Source: Candidatus Micrarchaeota archaeon (lineage in GTDB: Archaea > Micrarchaeota > Micrarchaeia > Norongarragalinales > UBA8480). Taken from it: 32,755 nucleotides of DNA. Within the stretch, counting starts at the first letter, position 1. Every line of letters begins with the position of its first letter. The notes below the pieces were generated by a model. It made no database searches. It worked only from the letters and a program-made list of their open reading frames with translations, and was not told the origin of the DNA. Shown here one piece after another: positions 1 to 9,648 of this stretch. Where the stretch lies: the NCBI GenBank assembly GCA_043805855.1, contig JAZDHP010000035.1, forward strand, positions 1-32,755, read 5' to 3'. The position numbers were made by a program, and so were the translations under genes.

Positions 1-1044
1 GATTTTCTTCCTGTGTTTTATGTAGCCGGCGTAGTCAATGTACTGCTTTTCACGCGCGATGTAATCTAGTATTTTTTCTTTTGGCCTTCTTCCGGGTTTT
101 TCAATTTCTTTTTCAACTGTAAGTGTAAACGCGTCGCTTCCAGAACCGCTCCCATAAGCGCATACGAGGATTTTGTCGCCTGGTTTTGCAACGTCTAGCA
201 CGCTTGCTAGTCCAATCATTGCTGCGCAACTGTAAGTGTTTCCAATAAACGGTGTGATTAAACCTTGTTTTACAGCCGCTTCTTCAAACCCGAGCATCTT
301 TGCAACCATCAACGGGAACTTGCCGTTCGGCTGGTGGAACACAACGTAGCTGTAATCTTTTGGAGTTGTCCCTGTTTTTTCCAATATTCCCTTTGTTGCG
401 CCCATAACGTGCTTAAAGTAAGCGGGCTCTCCTGTAAAGCGACCAGCGTGTTGTGGAAATTCCTCGTGTTGCCGCCTCCAAAAGTCCGGGGTATCTGTTG
501 TAAATGAAAAAGTATCGTTGATAGTTGCGATTATTTCAGTTGCACCAATTACAAAAGCAGCTGCGCCTCCGCCTGCGGTATACTCAAGTGCATCTCCAGG
601 TTGTGCTTGTGCAGTATCAGAGCCAATTGCCATGCCATATTTGATCATTCCACTTGCAACTAAGCCCATGCACATTTGTATTCCAGCTGTACCTGCTTTA
701 CAGGCGAATTCAATATCTGCAGCAGTTAGTTTTGGAGTTGCTTCAATTGCCTCGGCTACAATTGATGCGCTTGGCTTAACTGCGTAGGGTTTACTCTCAC
801 TTCCAACGTAAAGTGCCCCTAGTTCTTGCGGGTCGATTTTTGAAGTTTCAATTGCCATTCTAGCAGCTTCAACTGCGAACGTGCACGAGTCTTCGTCCCA
901 CGAGCCAACTGCCTTTTCCTCTACTCCGAGGGCTTTGCCAGTTGAAGGGTCTTTGTTCCATGCAATTGCGATGTCAGTTGTCTTTACTCTAAAGCGTGGC
1001 ACGTAATAGCCATAGCCCGTAATTCCAACTTTAGTTTTGTTCAT
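1..1044 (-). CDS. hmgS: Hydroxymethylglutaryl-CoA synthase, archaeal type (stop codon lies just outside the window)
   Basis: Not in the ORF track; translated by hand from ATG at 1044: MNKTKVGITGYGYYVPRFRVK...DEDSCTFAVEAA...YVGSESKPYAVKP...DIEFACKAGTAG (catalytic Cys)...PGDALEYTAGGG...DTPDFWRR...HAGRFTGEPAYFKH...FHQPNGKFP...IGNTYS...YGSGSGSDAF...YIDYAGYIKHRKKI. Confidence 0.95.
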   Translation of the reverse strand, partial: MNKTKVGITGYGYYVPRFRVKTTDIAIAWNKDPSTGKALGVEEKAVGSWDEDSCTFAVEAARMAIETSKIDPQELGALYVGSESKPYAVKPSASIVAEAIEATPKLTAADIEFACKAGTAGIQMCMGLVASGMIKYGMAIGSDTAQAQPGDALEYTAGGGAAAFVIGATEIIATINDTFSFTTDTPDFWRRQHEEFPQHAGRFTGEPAYFKHVMGATKGILEKTGTTPKDYSYVVFHQPNGKFPLMVAKMLGFEEAAVKQGLITPFIGNTYSCAAMIGLASVLDVAKPGDKILVCAYGSGSGSDAFTLTVEKEIEKPGRRPKEKILDYIAREKQYIDYAGYIKHRKKI

Positions 1045-1058
1045 ATTGTAATGTGACC

Positions 1059-1183
1059 GTTTTATAGTTTATAGTGGTATTAGCAAAAGAGTTTTGACAA
1101 AAACACTTTAAAAAACCGGCTGCCGACGACGCCCACTTCGTTAAACGCCGTAATTGGGGGGTTTTTTGGGGTGTTTTTAAAAA
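1059..1183. promoter_or_regulatory. Divergent archaeal promoter region for hmgS and the hmgR-mvk-mvaD-pmk-fni operon
   Basis: TATAAA on the minus strand at about 1067-1072 (about 23 nt before the hmgS ATG); TTTTTAAAA on the plus strand at about 1174-1183, followed by GTGATTTTT-ATG at 1207-1218. Confidence 0.55.
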
Positions 1184-1215
1184 GCAAGCGCTGCGCAAAC
1201 TTGTAAGTGATTTTT

Positions 1216-2472
1216 ATGGTAGACTACTCTAAGTTCAGTGAACTGTACAAACTTAGTCCTGATAAGCGAGTTGACTTACTGGTAAAGCAAGGAGTGTTGA
1301 CGCCTGAAGATGCTAAACTGTTGCTAAAAGAAGGCAGCCTTGGGATTGACACTGCAAATAGAATGATTGAAAGCGTTGTTGGCACTCATGCGCTTCCATT
1401 GGGAATTGCAACTAACTTTAAGATAAACGGCAAGGATTATCTAGTGCCAATGGTTGTTGAAGAACCGTCGGTTGTTGCAGCGGCTAGTAACGCGGCTAAA
1501 ATGGCGCTTCCGGGGGGTTTCACAACAAGTGCCGATGAACCGATAATGACGGGACAAGTTCAATTAGTTGGGGTTAAAGACGCGGCTAAGGCAATTTTCG
1601 CAATAAATGCAGTTGCCAAGCAACTTATAGAAAAGGCAAATGCAACTAATGCAATGCTTGTACAATTGGGCGGCGGCGCTAGAAACCTATTGGCACATAA
1701 GTTAACTAGTGATATGTTAGTTGTTAATTTTGACGTTGACGTTCGCGATGCAATGGGCGCTAATACGATTAATACAATGGCTGAAGTGATTGCGCCTGAA
1801 TTGGAAAAGCTCAGTGGCGGCAAAGTTCGCCTGCGTATACTTACTAACCTCGCTGACAAACGCTTAGCGCGGGCGAGTGTTATTTACGACAAGAAAGTAA
1901 TTGGTGAAGACGCTGTAAATGGTGTTGTCGATGCTTATTTATTTGCATTTCACGATGTGTACCGCGCGTGTACTCATAATAAAGGAATAATGAATGGAAT
2001 TGATCCAGTGGTAGTTGCAACTGGTAATGACTGGCGTGCAGTTGAAGCAGGCGCACACGCTTACGCGGCTACTAGGAATGGAGGGTACAAGCCGTTAACA
2101 AAGTGGGAGAAAACTAAGGAAGGTAATCTATTGGGAAGTATAGAACTTCCGCTTGCGCTTGGATTAGTTGGTGGTGCAACGAAGACGCATCCAATTGCGC
2201 AAATTAGTTTGAAAATTCTCGGGGTAAAAACCGCACAAGAATTAGCGCAGGTTGTTGCAGCTGTTGGACTAGCTCAAAACTTTGCAGCGTTGCGTGCATT
2301 GAGCACTGAGGGAATTCAACGCGGGCACATGAAGTTACACTCAAAGAACATTGCAGTTATTGCAGGTGCAAATGGAAGCGAGATTGACGCGGTTGCAAAG
2401 CAAATTGTCGCTGATAAAAAAGTAAACGTTGATTACAGCCGCGAAGTGCTTGAAAAACTAAGGGGAGAGTAA
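1216..2472 (+). CDS. mvaA: HMG-CoA reductase, class II
   Basis: Motifs EEPSVVAA, DVRDAMGANTIN, THNKGIMNGI, GNDWRAVEAGAH, GIQRGHMKLH. ATG at 1216 is preferred because the upstream GTGAT looks like an SD element. Confidence 0.96.
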   Translation: MVDYSKFSELYKLSPDKRVDLLVKQGVLTPEDAKLLLKEGSLGIDTANRMIESVVGTHALPLGIATNFKINGKDYLVPMVVEEPSVVAAASNAAKMALPGGFTTSADEPIMTGQVQLVGVKDAAKAIFAINAVAKQLIEKANATNAMLVQLGGGARNLLAHKLTSDMLVVNFDVDVRDAMGANTINTMAEVIAPELEKLSGGKVRLRILTNLADKRLARASVIYDKKVIGEDAVNGVVDAYLFAFHDVYRACTHNKGIMNGIDPVVVATGNDWRAVEAGAHAYAATRNGGYKPLTKWEKTKEGNLLGSIELPLALGLVGGATKTHPIAQISLKILGVKTAQELAQVVAAVGLAQNFAALRALSTEGIQRGHMKLHSKNIAVIAGANGSEIDAVAKQIVADKKVNVDYSREVLEKLRGE

Positions 2473-2479
2473 AATAAAC

Positions 2480-3523
2480 GTGGCAAAAGAAATAATTGCA
2501 ACTGCGCCTTGTAAAGTTATTCTCACTGGAGAACATGCAGTTGTGCACGGTTCTCCGGCACTAGCGATAAGCATTGAACCATTTAGCAGCGTACACTTTC
2601 TTGAAGAGCAAGGTGCGCTTGGTTTTGTAATTAAACAAAAGGGAGCAGATGTTGTTCTAAATGAAAAGTGCGAAGTTCAAAGTGGAAATGATTGGAAATG
2701 GTATTCTGAAGTAATTGACTTGTTGAAAAAATTAATTAAAGAAACTGGTTTTAAACCACGCGCGAAAATAGTTATTGAAATTAAAGCAGATTTTCCCAAG
2801 GGTGTTGGCGGTAGTTCAAGCATTGCAGCTGCTTTTATAATTGCGTTTTACAAATTCGCCGGTGCGCTGTTAACAAGTGAAAAGTTATTCGAAGACGTGC
2901 AATTTCTCGATGCAATTGCCCACGGGGGAAGTGCGAGTGGAATCGACGCCATGACCGTTATAGGCGGACCGATGAAACTCGTGCGTACTGTTGAACAAAA
3001 TAACTGCGTAAAGTGGAACTTTTACCTGCAAAAAGTTGAACTTCCACAGGGCACAACGTTGCTTGTAATTGACACTTCGCGAGGCGGTAAACGCGCGGCA
3101 ACAGGAGAAATGACGGCGTTGTTTGCAAAAAACATGAGCTTCGTTAATAGCGATGGTTCTACAAAGAAACTTTTTGAATTAACTGCTACGGATAAAGCTA
3201 AACTCGTGCCATTTACTGAAATTTTTGAAAAAATAATGGCGGAGCTTAAACCAAACGGCGACGCCATAGTGCTCGGTGCGTTGATGAACGCGAACCACGC
3301 GTTACTTGAGAAAATGCAAATGTCTTCACAGGGAATAGAAGAAGCGCGGAAGATTTGCATTGCAAATAAAGTTTATGGAGTTAAACTAACTGGCGGCGGC
3401 GGTGAAGGCGGCGCGGTAATTGCACTTATTAATAAGAACAATGCTGTGAAAATAATTAACGAGCTAGAAAAACATGGATTCAAAGCTTTTGAAGCTAAAA
3501 CCACAAAAGGTGCATTTCAATGA
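2480..3523 (+). CDS. mvk: Mevalonate kinase (GHMP family)
   Basis: APCKVILTGEHAVVHG, FPKGVGGSSS (GHMP loop), HGGSASGIDA, KLTGGGGEGG; lies in the mevalonate operon. Confidence 0.88.
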   Translation: MAKEIIATAPCKVILTGEHAVVHGSPALAISIEPFSSVHFLEEQGALGFVIKQKGADVVLNEKCEVQSGNDWKWYSEVIDLLKKLIKETGFKPRAKIVIEIKADFPKGVGGSSSIAAAFIIAFYKFAGALLTSEKLFEDVQFLDAIAHGGSASGIDAMTVIGGPMKLVRTVEQNNCVKWNFYLQKVELPQGTTLLVIDTSRGGKRAATGEMTALFAKNMSFVNSDGSTKKLFELTATDKAKLVPFTEIFEKIMAELKPNGDAIVLGALMNANHALLEKMQMSSQGIEEARKICIANKVYGVKLTGGGGEGGAVIALINKNNAVKIINELEKHGFKAFEAKTTKGAFQ

Positions 3524-4608
3524 ACGTAATTACATTTGAAGCTACTCCGAATATCGCGGTTATAAAATATTGGGGTAAACGCGACGATGTGTTAATTCTG
3601 CCAACAAACAGCAGCATAAGTATGACGCTTGACTCGCTAAAGACGCGTACAAGTGTAATGTTCGACCCGAAGTTAAAAAGTGACGAGCTGTGGCTCAACG
3701 GTAAAGAAGTTGACTTGACTGGCGACAGCGAGGCAAGCGAACGTTTGAAACAACTCGACGTAATTCGTGAAAAAGCCGGGATTAAAGAAAAAGCGAGAAT
3801 TGTTTCAATTAATTGTTTTCCAACTGCGGCTGGGTTTGCATCTTCTGCTTCTGGATTAGCTGCACTTGCCTGCGCTGCTAGTAAAGCAGCTGGGCTAAAA
3901 TTAAGCACTGCTGAACTTTCCGTACTTGCTCGCCTTGGCAGTGGTTCAGCGTCACGCTCAGTGTTAGGTGGTTTTGTCGAGTGGAAAAAAGGAGAAAAAA
4001 TCGACGGAAGTGATTCATTTGCAGTTCAACTTGCGCCTGCTTTGCACTGGAAAGAAATGCGCGTAGTGAGTGTTGTTGTTAGCAGCGGAAAAAAGAAAAT
4101 TTCCTCGCGGGTAGGAATGAAACAAACAGTTGCGAATAGTGTTTTGTTCAAATCGCGCCTAGAGTACTTGCCGAAAACAATTGGCGAAATGGAAACTGCA
4201 ATTAAACAAAAGGATTTTGAAAAATTTGCGTTGCTCGCAATGCGTGATAGTAACAATATGCACGCGGTTATGCTTGACACGCAACCGCCAATAATTTACC
4301 TCAATGACAAATCAAAAATGTTAATTGAACTTGTGAACGAAATCAACGAAACCGCTGGAAAAATAATTGCAGGCTATACTTTTGATGCAGGGCCAAATTG
4401 TCACATTTACACTCTAGAAGAAAATGTCAAAACAATAACTACCGCGTTGCAAAAAATTGAAGGAATTGAGAAAATAGTTGTTTCAAAGCCAGGCAACGGG
4501 CCGCAGGAGTTAAGCGACGCTGCGAGTCACTTAATTGATCCGTCTAATGGAAAGCCGCGCGAGCACTATTTTGACGAGAGCAAAAACGCAATTGTTGTAA
4601 AGTTGTAA
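3520..4608 (+). CDS. mvaD: Diphosphomevalonate decarboxylase
   Basis: PNIAVIKYWGKRD, LPTNSSISMTL, FPTAAGFASSASG, RLGSGSASRS, KKISSRVGM, YTFDAGPN; ATGA overlap with mvk. Confidence 0.94.
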   Translation: MNVITFEATPNIAVIKYWGKRDDVLILPTNSSISMTLDSLKTRTSVMFDPKLKSDELWLNGKEVDLTGDSEASERLKQLDVIREKAGIKEKARIVSINCFPTAAGFASSASGLAALACAASKAAGLKLSTAELSVLARLGSGSASRSVLGGFVEWKKGEKIDGSDSFAVQLAPALHWKEMRVVSVVVSSGKKKISSRVGMKQTVANSVLFKSRLEYLPKTIGEMETAIKQKDFEKFALLAMRDSNNMHAVMLDTQPPIIYLNDKSKMLIELVNEINETAGKIIAGYTFDAGPNCHIYTLEENVKTITTALQKIEGIEKIVVSKPGNGPQELSDAASHLIDPSNGKPREHYFDESKNAIVVKL

Positions 4609-4651
4609 AATAGTAAAAGTAAAAAACAATAAAAATATTTGTGAATAAAAA

Positions 4652-5809
4652 ATGGTAGTTGCATCTGCGCCTGGAAAAGTGCTTTGGGTTGGAGCTTACG
4701 CACTTTCAGAAAAAGGTAATCGTGGGTTTGTCACAAGTGTAGAAGCACGAGTATATGCAAAAGCAACTGAACTTCCGTTTCCAAATGTTGAAATTATTTC
4801 TCAACAATTGCAAATAAATGAAAGTGGAAAATTTGCAAATGGAAAAATTACTATTGCTGACGAACGGGCTAAATTTGTTAAAAACGCAATTGAAAATACT
4901 TTAAATTATTTGTCTATTGTGTTATCTAAATCCAAAAACGGTAGCAGTAGACTAAAGGGAGTGAAACTGGAAACTTACAGCGACGAAGCGTTTAGCGTTG
5001 AAGGGGCGAAGAGTGGGTTGGGGTCAAGTGCAGCTGTAACAGTAGCTACGGTAGCTGCGGTGCTGGCGCTTCATGATGTTGACTTTGAAAATTCGGCTGG
5101 AAAAGAAGTTGTACACAAGTTAGCTCAATTTGCGCACTGTACTTCGCAGGGAAAAGTTGGCAGTGGTTTTGACGTGGCTGCTGGTACGTTTGGTGCAATT
5201 GAATACTCGCGGTTTTCGCCAGAGCTTATTAGTGTCGGCGCTAGTGATGTTGTTAACCAGAATTGGGACTATTTTGTAAAACCAATGCAGTTGCCTCGCG
5301 TTTTCACTGCGGTTATTGCAAATATTCCAAACACTAGTACGAGTACTACAAAAATGATGGCAGGCATTAAACCCTTCAAGGAAAAACATCTTGATGAATA
5401 CAATGCGCTTTTTGCTAAACTAAACGAGCATAACAAAACCGTACTAAACGCACTTCGTGCATTAACTAAAGGTACTGAATCGCTGCAAGAATTTAGAATT
5501 GCATTTGACGCCAGCCGTTCTCTTGTTAAAAAACTAGGTGAAAAAAGCGGGGTTGAAATTGAATCAAATGCATTTAGTGAATTGATAGAAGATTCCAAGC
5601 AACACGGCGCGTTTGTTGCATTGCTTCCAGGCGCAGGCGGGGGAGATGCAATTGCTGCATTGTGCTTGTCTGCGAGAGATGCTAGTCGGTTAAAGAGTTT
5701 TTGGAACTCTAGAGGTCTCCAGGTGCTAAACATTTCAACAAGTGACAAAGGCGTTAAATTGGAAAACAGTTTTCCGCTTGACGGCGTTGTTAATAAATCA
5801 CGTAATTGA
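4652..5809 (+). CDS. Phosphomevalonate kinase, ERG8-like GHMP type
   Basis: SAPGKVLWVGAY, KSGLGSSAAVT, AHCTSQGKVGSGFDVAAGTFGAIEYSRF (ERG8-like signature), PGAGGGDAI. Confidence 0.88.
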   Translation: MVVASAPGKVLWVGAYALSEKGNRGFVTSVEARVYAKATELPFPNVEIISQQLQINESGKFANGKITIADERAKFVKNAIENTLNYLSIVLSKSKNGSSRLKGVKLETYSDEAFSVEGAKSGLGSSAAVTVATVAAVLALHDVDFENSAGKEVVHKLAQFAHCTSQGKVGSGFDVAAGTFGAIEYSRFSPELISVGASDVVNQNWDYFVKPMQLPRVFTAVIANIPNTSTSTTKMMAGIKPFKEKHLDEYNALFAKLNEHNKTVLNALRALTKGTESLQEFRIAFDASRSLVKKLGEKSGVEIESNAFSELIEDSKQHGAFVALLPGAGGGDAIAALCLSARDASRLKSFWNSRGLQVLNISTSDKGVKLENSFPLDGVVNKSRN

Positions 5810-5844
5810 AATAACTTATACTGTTATTAAAAAGTGAGTGAATA

Positions 5845-6885
5845 ATGAGCGAAAAAATTAGTGAAAAAAGTGTAAGTGAACAAACTAGCAGCCGCAAGAC
5901 GGATCATGTTAAGATTGCACTTGAAAAAAACGTGCAACACTCTACGCCAACTGGTTTTGATGAAATTGAATTTTTACACTATGCGCTTCCTGAGTTGAAC
6001 TTCGACGCGATTGATACAACAGTAACTTTTCTCAAACGTAATTTTTCTCTTCCGTTTATGGTTCTTTCAATGACTGGCGGCCACGAAAGCGTCGAGAGAA
6101 TAAACAAAGACATTGCGCTAGCTTGTGAAGAGAAGAATATTCCTATGGGAGTTGGTTCACAAAGAGCAATGCTGGAAAAACCAGAATTAGCGAAAACGTT
6201 CAAAGTGAAAGACGTTGCACCGAACGTATTTCTATGCGGTAACATTGGTGGCTACCAGCTGAAGAACTATTCAATTGACAAAATCGAGAAAATGATTTGT
6301 GATATTGAGGCAGACGCGCTTTGTATTCATTTAAATCCACTGCAAGAAGTTGTCCAACCTGAAGGCGACCGCAATTGGGCAGGGGTACTAAAAGCAATTG
6401 AAAAAACTTGCAGCCAACTTGATGTTCCAATTATTGCCAAGGAAGTTGGAGCTGGTTTAAACGTCGACGTGTGTAGGGAGTTGGAAGCAGCTGGCGTTGC
6501 AGCAATTGACGTCAGCGGAACTGGCGGTACCTCGTGGGCGGGGATTGAAGTTTACCGCAAAGGCGCAGAAGCTGGAAACTTGTATTGGAATTGGGGCGTG
6601 CCAACTGTAATTGCACTTCAAGAAGCTGCGAAGACTGTGAAAATTCCTCTTATCGCAAGTGGCGGTGTACGCAACGGGTTACACGTTGCAAAAGCACTGC
6701 GCTTGGGAGCAACTCTCGCCGGCGCAGCTTCTCCTTTTCTCAAAGCGCAGAACACTGGCGGCGCAGACGGCGTGAAAAAAGAAATTGAGAAGTGGGAAAA
6801 AGAATTAAAAATTGCAATGTTCCTAACACGCAGCAAAGATCTAGCTACGTTGAAAAAAGCGAAGCTGCTAAACGCGATTAACTAA
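5845..6885 (+). CDS. fni: Isopentenyl-diphosphate delta-isomerase, type 2 (FMN-dependent)
   Basis: RKTDHV, SMTGG, GVGSQR, HLNPLQEVVQPEGD, KEVGAG, GGTSW, IASGGVRNG. Confidence 0.96.
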   Translation: MSEKISEKSVSEQTSSRKTDHVKIALEKNVQHSTPTGFDEIEFLHYALPELNFDAIDTTVTFLKRNFSLPFMVLSMTGGHESVERINKDIALACEEKNIPMGVGSQRAMLEKPELAKTFKVKDVAPNVFLCGNIGGYQLKNYSIDKIEKMICDIEADALCIHLNPLQEVVQPEGDRNWAGVLKAIEKTCSQLDVPIIAKEVGAGLNVDVCRELEAAGVAAIDVSGTGGTSWAGIEVYRKGAEAGNLYWNWGVPTVIALQEAAKTVKIPLIASGGVRNGLHVAKALRLGATLAGAASPFLKAQNTGGADGVKKEIEKWEKELKIAMFLTRSKDLATLKKAKLLNAIN

Positions 6886-6958
6886 TTTCTCGTAACTTTT
6901 TCCTTCTTTGCTTATTTTTGGTTTGAAATATTGACGGTTACTGGTTAAAACCGAAAGC

Positions 6959-6984
6959 TTTATAATAAACAAATTGTTTATTAT
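6959..6984 (+). promoter_or_regulatory. TATA box overlapping a perfect 11+1+11 bp inverted repeat (probable AbiEi autorepression operator)
   Basis: ATAATAAACAA-A-TTGTTTATTAT at 6962-6984, overlapping TTTATAA (6959-6965) and ending 3 nt before the ATG at 6988. Confidence 0.75.
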
Positions 6985-6987
6985 TGT

Positions 6988-7594
6988 ATGTTTCCTAAAG
7001 TGTCGGAAAGTGTGCTTAAAGCGATAGAATCTTCTGTAAACGGCGTAGCGGAGCTAGATGTTTTAAAAAGTTTAAAATTATGTGATGATTTTACGTTAAA
7101 GACAACAATTAGTCGCTTAAATAAGAGTGGGAGAATAATTCGTTTAAAACGAGGAGTTTACTCAACTAATCCTATTAAAGACGCCTTTGTATGTGCGCAA
7201 TTCACTTTTAATGGGTACCTTGGGTTTTCAAGCGCACTTTATTTACATAAATTTATAACTGAAGTGCCTTTCACTGTTTTTGTTGTGGCAACTGAAAAAT
7301 CTGGAACAAAAAAAAATTGCGGGGTATGAGTTCAAGGCGGTAAGTTTAAAAGAAAAGGCAGTAGGTGTGCAGACTGTCGGTAAATATTGGGTATCGAGTC
7401 GAGCGAAGACGCTTTTTGACTGCTTATATTTACCACTATATAGTGTAGGAGAAGAAAAACTGATTGCGGCGTATAAAGGAGCTAAGTTAAACAAAGCGGA
7501 ATGGCGGGAGTTTGAAAGTTACGTTGAAAAGTTTGCTGGTTCGAATAAAAAGCGGTATATGCTTGCAATAGAGAAAAAAATACGGGCGAAATAA
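6988..7594 (+). pseudogene. abiEi: Type IV TA antitoxin AbiEi-like (wHTH plus C-terminal domain), split by a +1 frameshift at an A9 tract
   Basis: N-terminal part has RLNKSGRIIRLKRGVY and YLGFSSALYLHKFITEVP; the C-terminal part, in another frame, has VSSRAKTLFDCLYLP. Removing one A from 7308-7316 joins them into a 201-aa ORF directly upstream of AbiEii. Confidence 0.8.
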
Positions 7595-7596
7595 AA

Positions 7597-8409
7597 ATGG
7601 AAATTGACTTAGAAATTTGCAAAACTATAGCTATGCGTAAAGGCTTGTCGTTACAGTTTGTGATTAAAGAATTTCAAGTATTTGATGTGCTGGGGCAGAT
7701 AGCAATGGAAACCGCGGCAAGCAAAGAGTTGGTTTTCAAAGGCGGCACCGCACTTAATGCCGTTTATTTACATGACAAGCAACGGTTTTCAGAAGACTTA
7801 GATTTTGATCTAGTTGATGCCAATGTGCCACAGACTGTTAAATACGCAGATAAATTGGCTAAAACAATGACTGGGTTTGAAATTGGAGAATTCCGGCGAG
7901 TGCGTCAAACTGTTATGTTTGAATGTAGTTTTGAATCGCCTCTAGGTGGGCGCGACCACGTGCGGGTTGACATTTGCGGCAAAAAACTAATAACTGCAAA
8001 TCCAATAGTTATTGGTTCGGCTAAATCTACTTTTACTGATCGTTTTGTAACTGGTTTTTACGTGTATTCCTTTGATGATTTAGTTGCGCGGAAAATGAAC
8101 GCGTTGCGTGACCGAACTGAAGGTAAAGACGTGTTTGACGTGTACAATAGTTTGCCCCAGTGTGAAAATATACTTGTTGCAATTGAAAAGGCTCTAAAAA
8201 GCGAGGGTAGCGACGAAACAGTAGAACAATTTTTGGAAGAAACACTAAGCGCTGTTAAAAAATTGAACGTAAAGAAAGCTAGCCAGTTGACAAATTCCTT
8301 TATTCCTTCTCCAAGCCGACCTCGAAGCTGGGAAGAGCTAAAAAATAGCTTACTGATGGAATTGCAAAAAATTCTAGACCAAAAAATAGGCAAAGCTAAG
8401 CGCGCGTAA
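7597..8409 (+). CDS. abiEii: AbiEii/AbiGii-family nucleotidyltransferase toxin
   Basis: LVFKGGTAL, RFSEDLDF, ARKMNALRDR...KDVFD motifs; follows the AbiEi-like gene. Confidence 0.9.
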   Translation: MEIDLEICKTIAMRKGLSLQFVIKEFQVFDVLGQIAMETAASKELVFKGGTALNAVYLHDKQRFSEDLDFDLVDANVPQTVKYADKLAKTMTGFEIGEFRRVRQTVMFECSFESPLGGRDHVRVDICGKKLITANPIVIGSAKSTFTDRFVTGFYVYSFDDLVARKMNALRDRTEGKDVFDVYNSLPQCENILVAIEKALKSEGSDETVEQFLEETLSAVKKLNVKKASQLTNSFIPSPSRPRSWEELKNSLLMELQKILDQKIGKAKRA

Positions 8410-9568
8410 CTTTTTCCTTTTTGGCTTGTCGTGCAACTGCTTTTGCAACTGTTTTTACAACGCGTTTGTCAAAAGGCGAGGGAACAACAATTCCTTTTTG
8501 TAATTCCTCTTCGCTTACTAGTTTTGCCAGCGCGTGCGCGGCTGCGAGTTTCATTCCAGGGGTGATTTTCTTCGCTTTTGAGTCAAGCGCACCGCGGAAC
8601 ACTCCGGGAAATGCTAGCACGTTGTTAACTTGGTTCGGGTAGTCACTTCTCCCCGTGCACACGATTTTCGCTCCGCTGGCGTGAGCTTCTTCTGGTATTA
8701 TTTCTGGAATTGGGTTAGCTAGCGCGATTATGATTGAATCTTTCGCCATTTTTGCAATCATTTCTTTTGTCAGTGTGCCTGGTTTTGACGTTCCAATGAA
8801 AACATTTGCATTTACAAGCGCTTCGCTTAGAGTTCCATCGAAGTTTTTCACCATTGGTAAGAGTTTTTCTTTGTAAGTTCCCTTGATGTCGCCGCGGGTT
8901 GTTGACAACGCTGTTTTTGAGTCAAACGCAATTACGTTTTTCGCGCCTGCGTTGTGAATTGCTTTTAGAATTGCACTTCCAGCTGCGCCTACTCCATTGC
9001 ATATGATGTTAGCCGTTGCGATATCTTGATTCGTTGCTTTTAATGAATTGAGAAGCGCAGCTAGAGTTACAATTGCTGTGCCGTGTTGGTCGTCGTGGAA
9101 TACTGGAATGTCAAGCGCTGCGACTAGTTGGTCTTCAATTTCAAAACAATCAGGAACGCGTATATCTTCTAAATTTATGCCGCCGAATGTCGGCGCAATT
9201 GCTTTTCCAATTGCTACCATTTCTTGAACTGTCGGCGCGTCTACACATATTGGCACAGCGTCGATTTTTCCAAACTCCTTGAATAGAATTGCCTTGCCTT
9301 CCATTACTGGCAGCGCGGCGGTAGGACCTATATTTCCCAAGCCTAAAACCCTTGTGCCGTTTGAAAGCACAGCGACGCTGTTCCACTTCCAAGTGTATTT
9401 GTACGCTTGTTCTTTGTCCTTTGCTATTTCAAGGCAAGGTTGTGCTACTCCCGGCGTGTAAGCAGTTGCCAAATCTGCGTTTGTTTTCAACTGCACTTTG
9501 CTTTTTACCGCTAGTTTGCCCTTACTTTTTTCATGTAGTTTCAAAGATTCTTGTGCCCAGTTTGTCAT
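8396..9568 (-). CDS. mae: NAD(P)-dependent malic enzyme (short, bacterial/archaeal type)
   Basis: [73 protein letters not shown]. Confidence 0.95.
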   Translation of the reverse strand: MTNWAQESLKLHEKSKGKLAVKSKVQLKTNADLATAYTPGVAQPCLEIAKDKEQAYKYTWKWNSVAVLSNGTRVLGLGNIGPTAALPVMEGKAILFKEFGKIDAVPICVDAPTVQEMVAIGKAIAPTFGGINLEDIRVPDCFEIEDQLVAALDIPVFHDDQHGTAIVTLAALLNSLKATNQDIATANIICNGVGAAGSAILKAIHNAGAKNVIAFDSKTALSTTRGDIKGTYKEKLLPMVKNFDGTLSEALVNANVFIGTSKPGTLTKEMIAKMAKDSIIIALANPIPEIIPEEAHASGAKIVCTGRSDYPNQVNNVLAFPGVFRGALDSKAKKITPGMKLAAAHALAKLVSEEELQKGIVVPSPFDKRVVKTVAKAVARQAKKEKVTRA

Positions 9569-9648
9569 GTAATCGCCTAATAGTTGCTAATTAGTTTTAA
9601 CTGTGTAATGTTTTGAAACTTGAGTTGAACTATAAGTTGCTTTTTGTT

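Noticed and set aside
265..787. Plus-strand ORFs 265-507 and 518-787
   Set aside because: Antisense shadows of hmgS on the minus strand.
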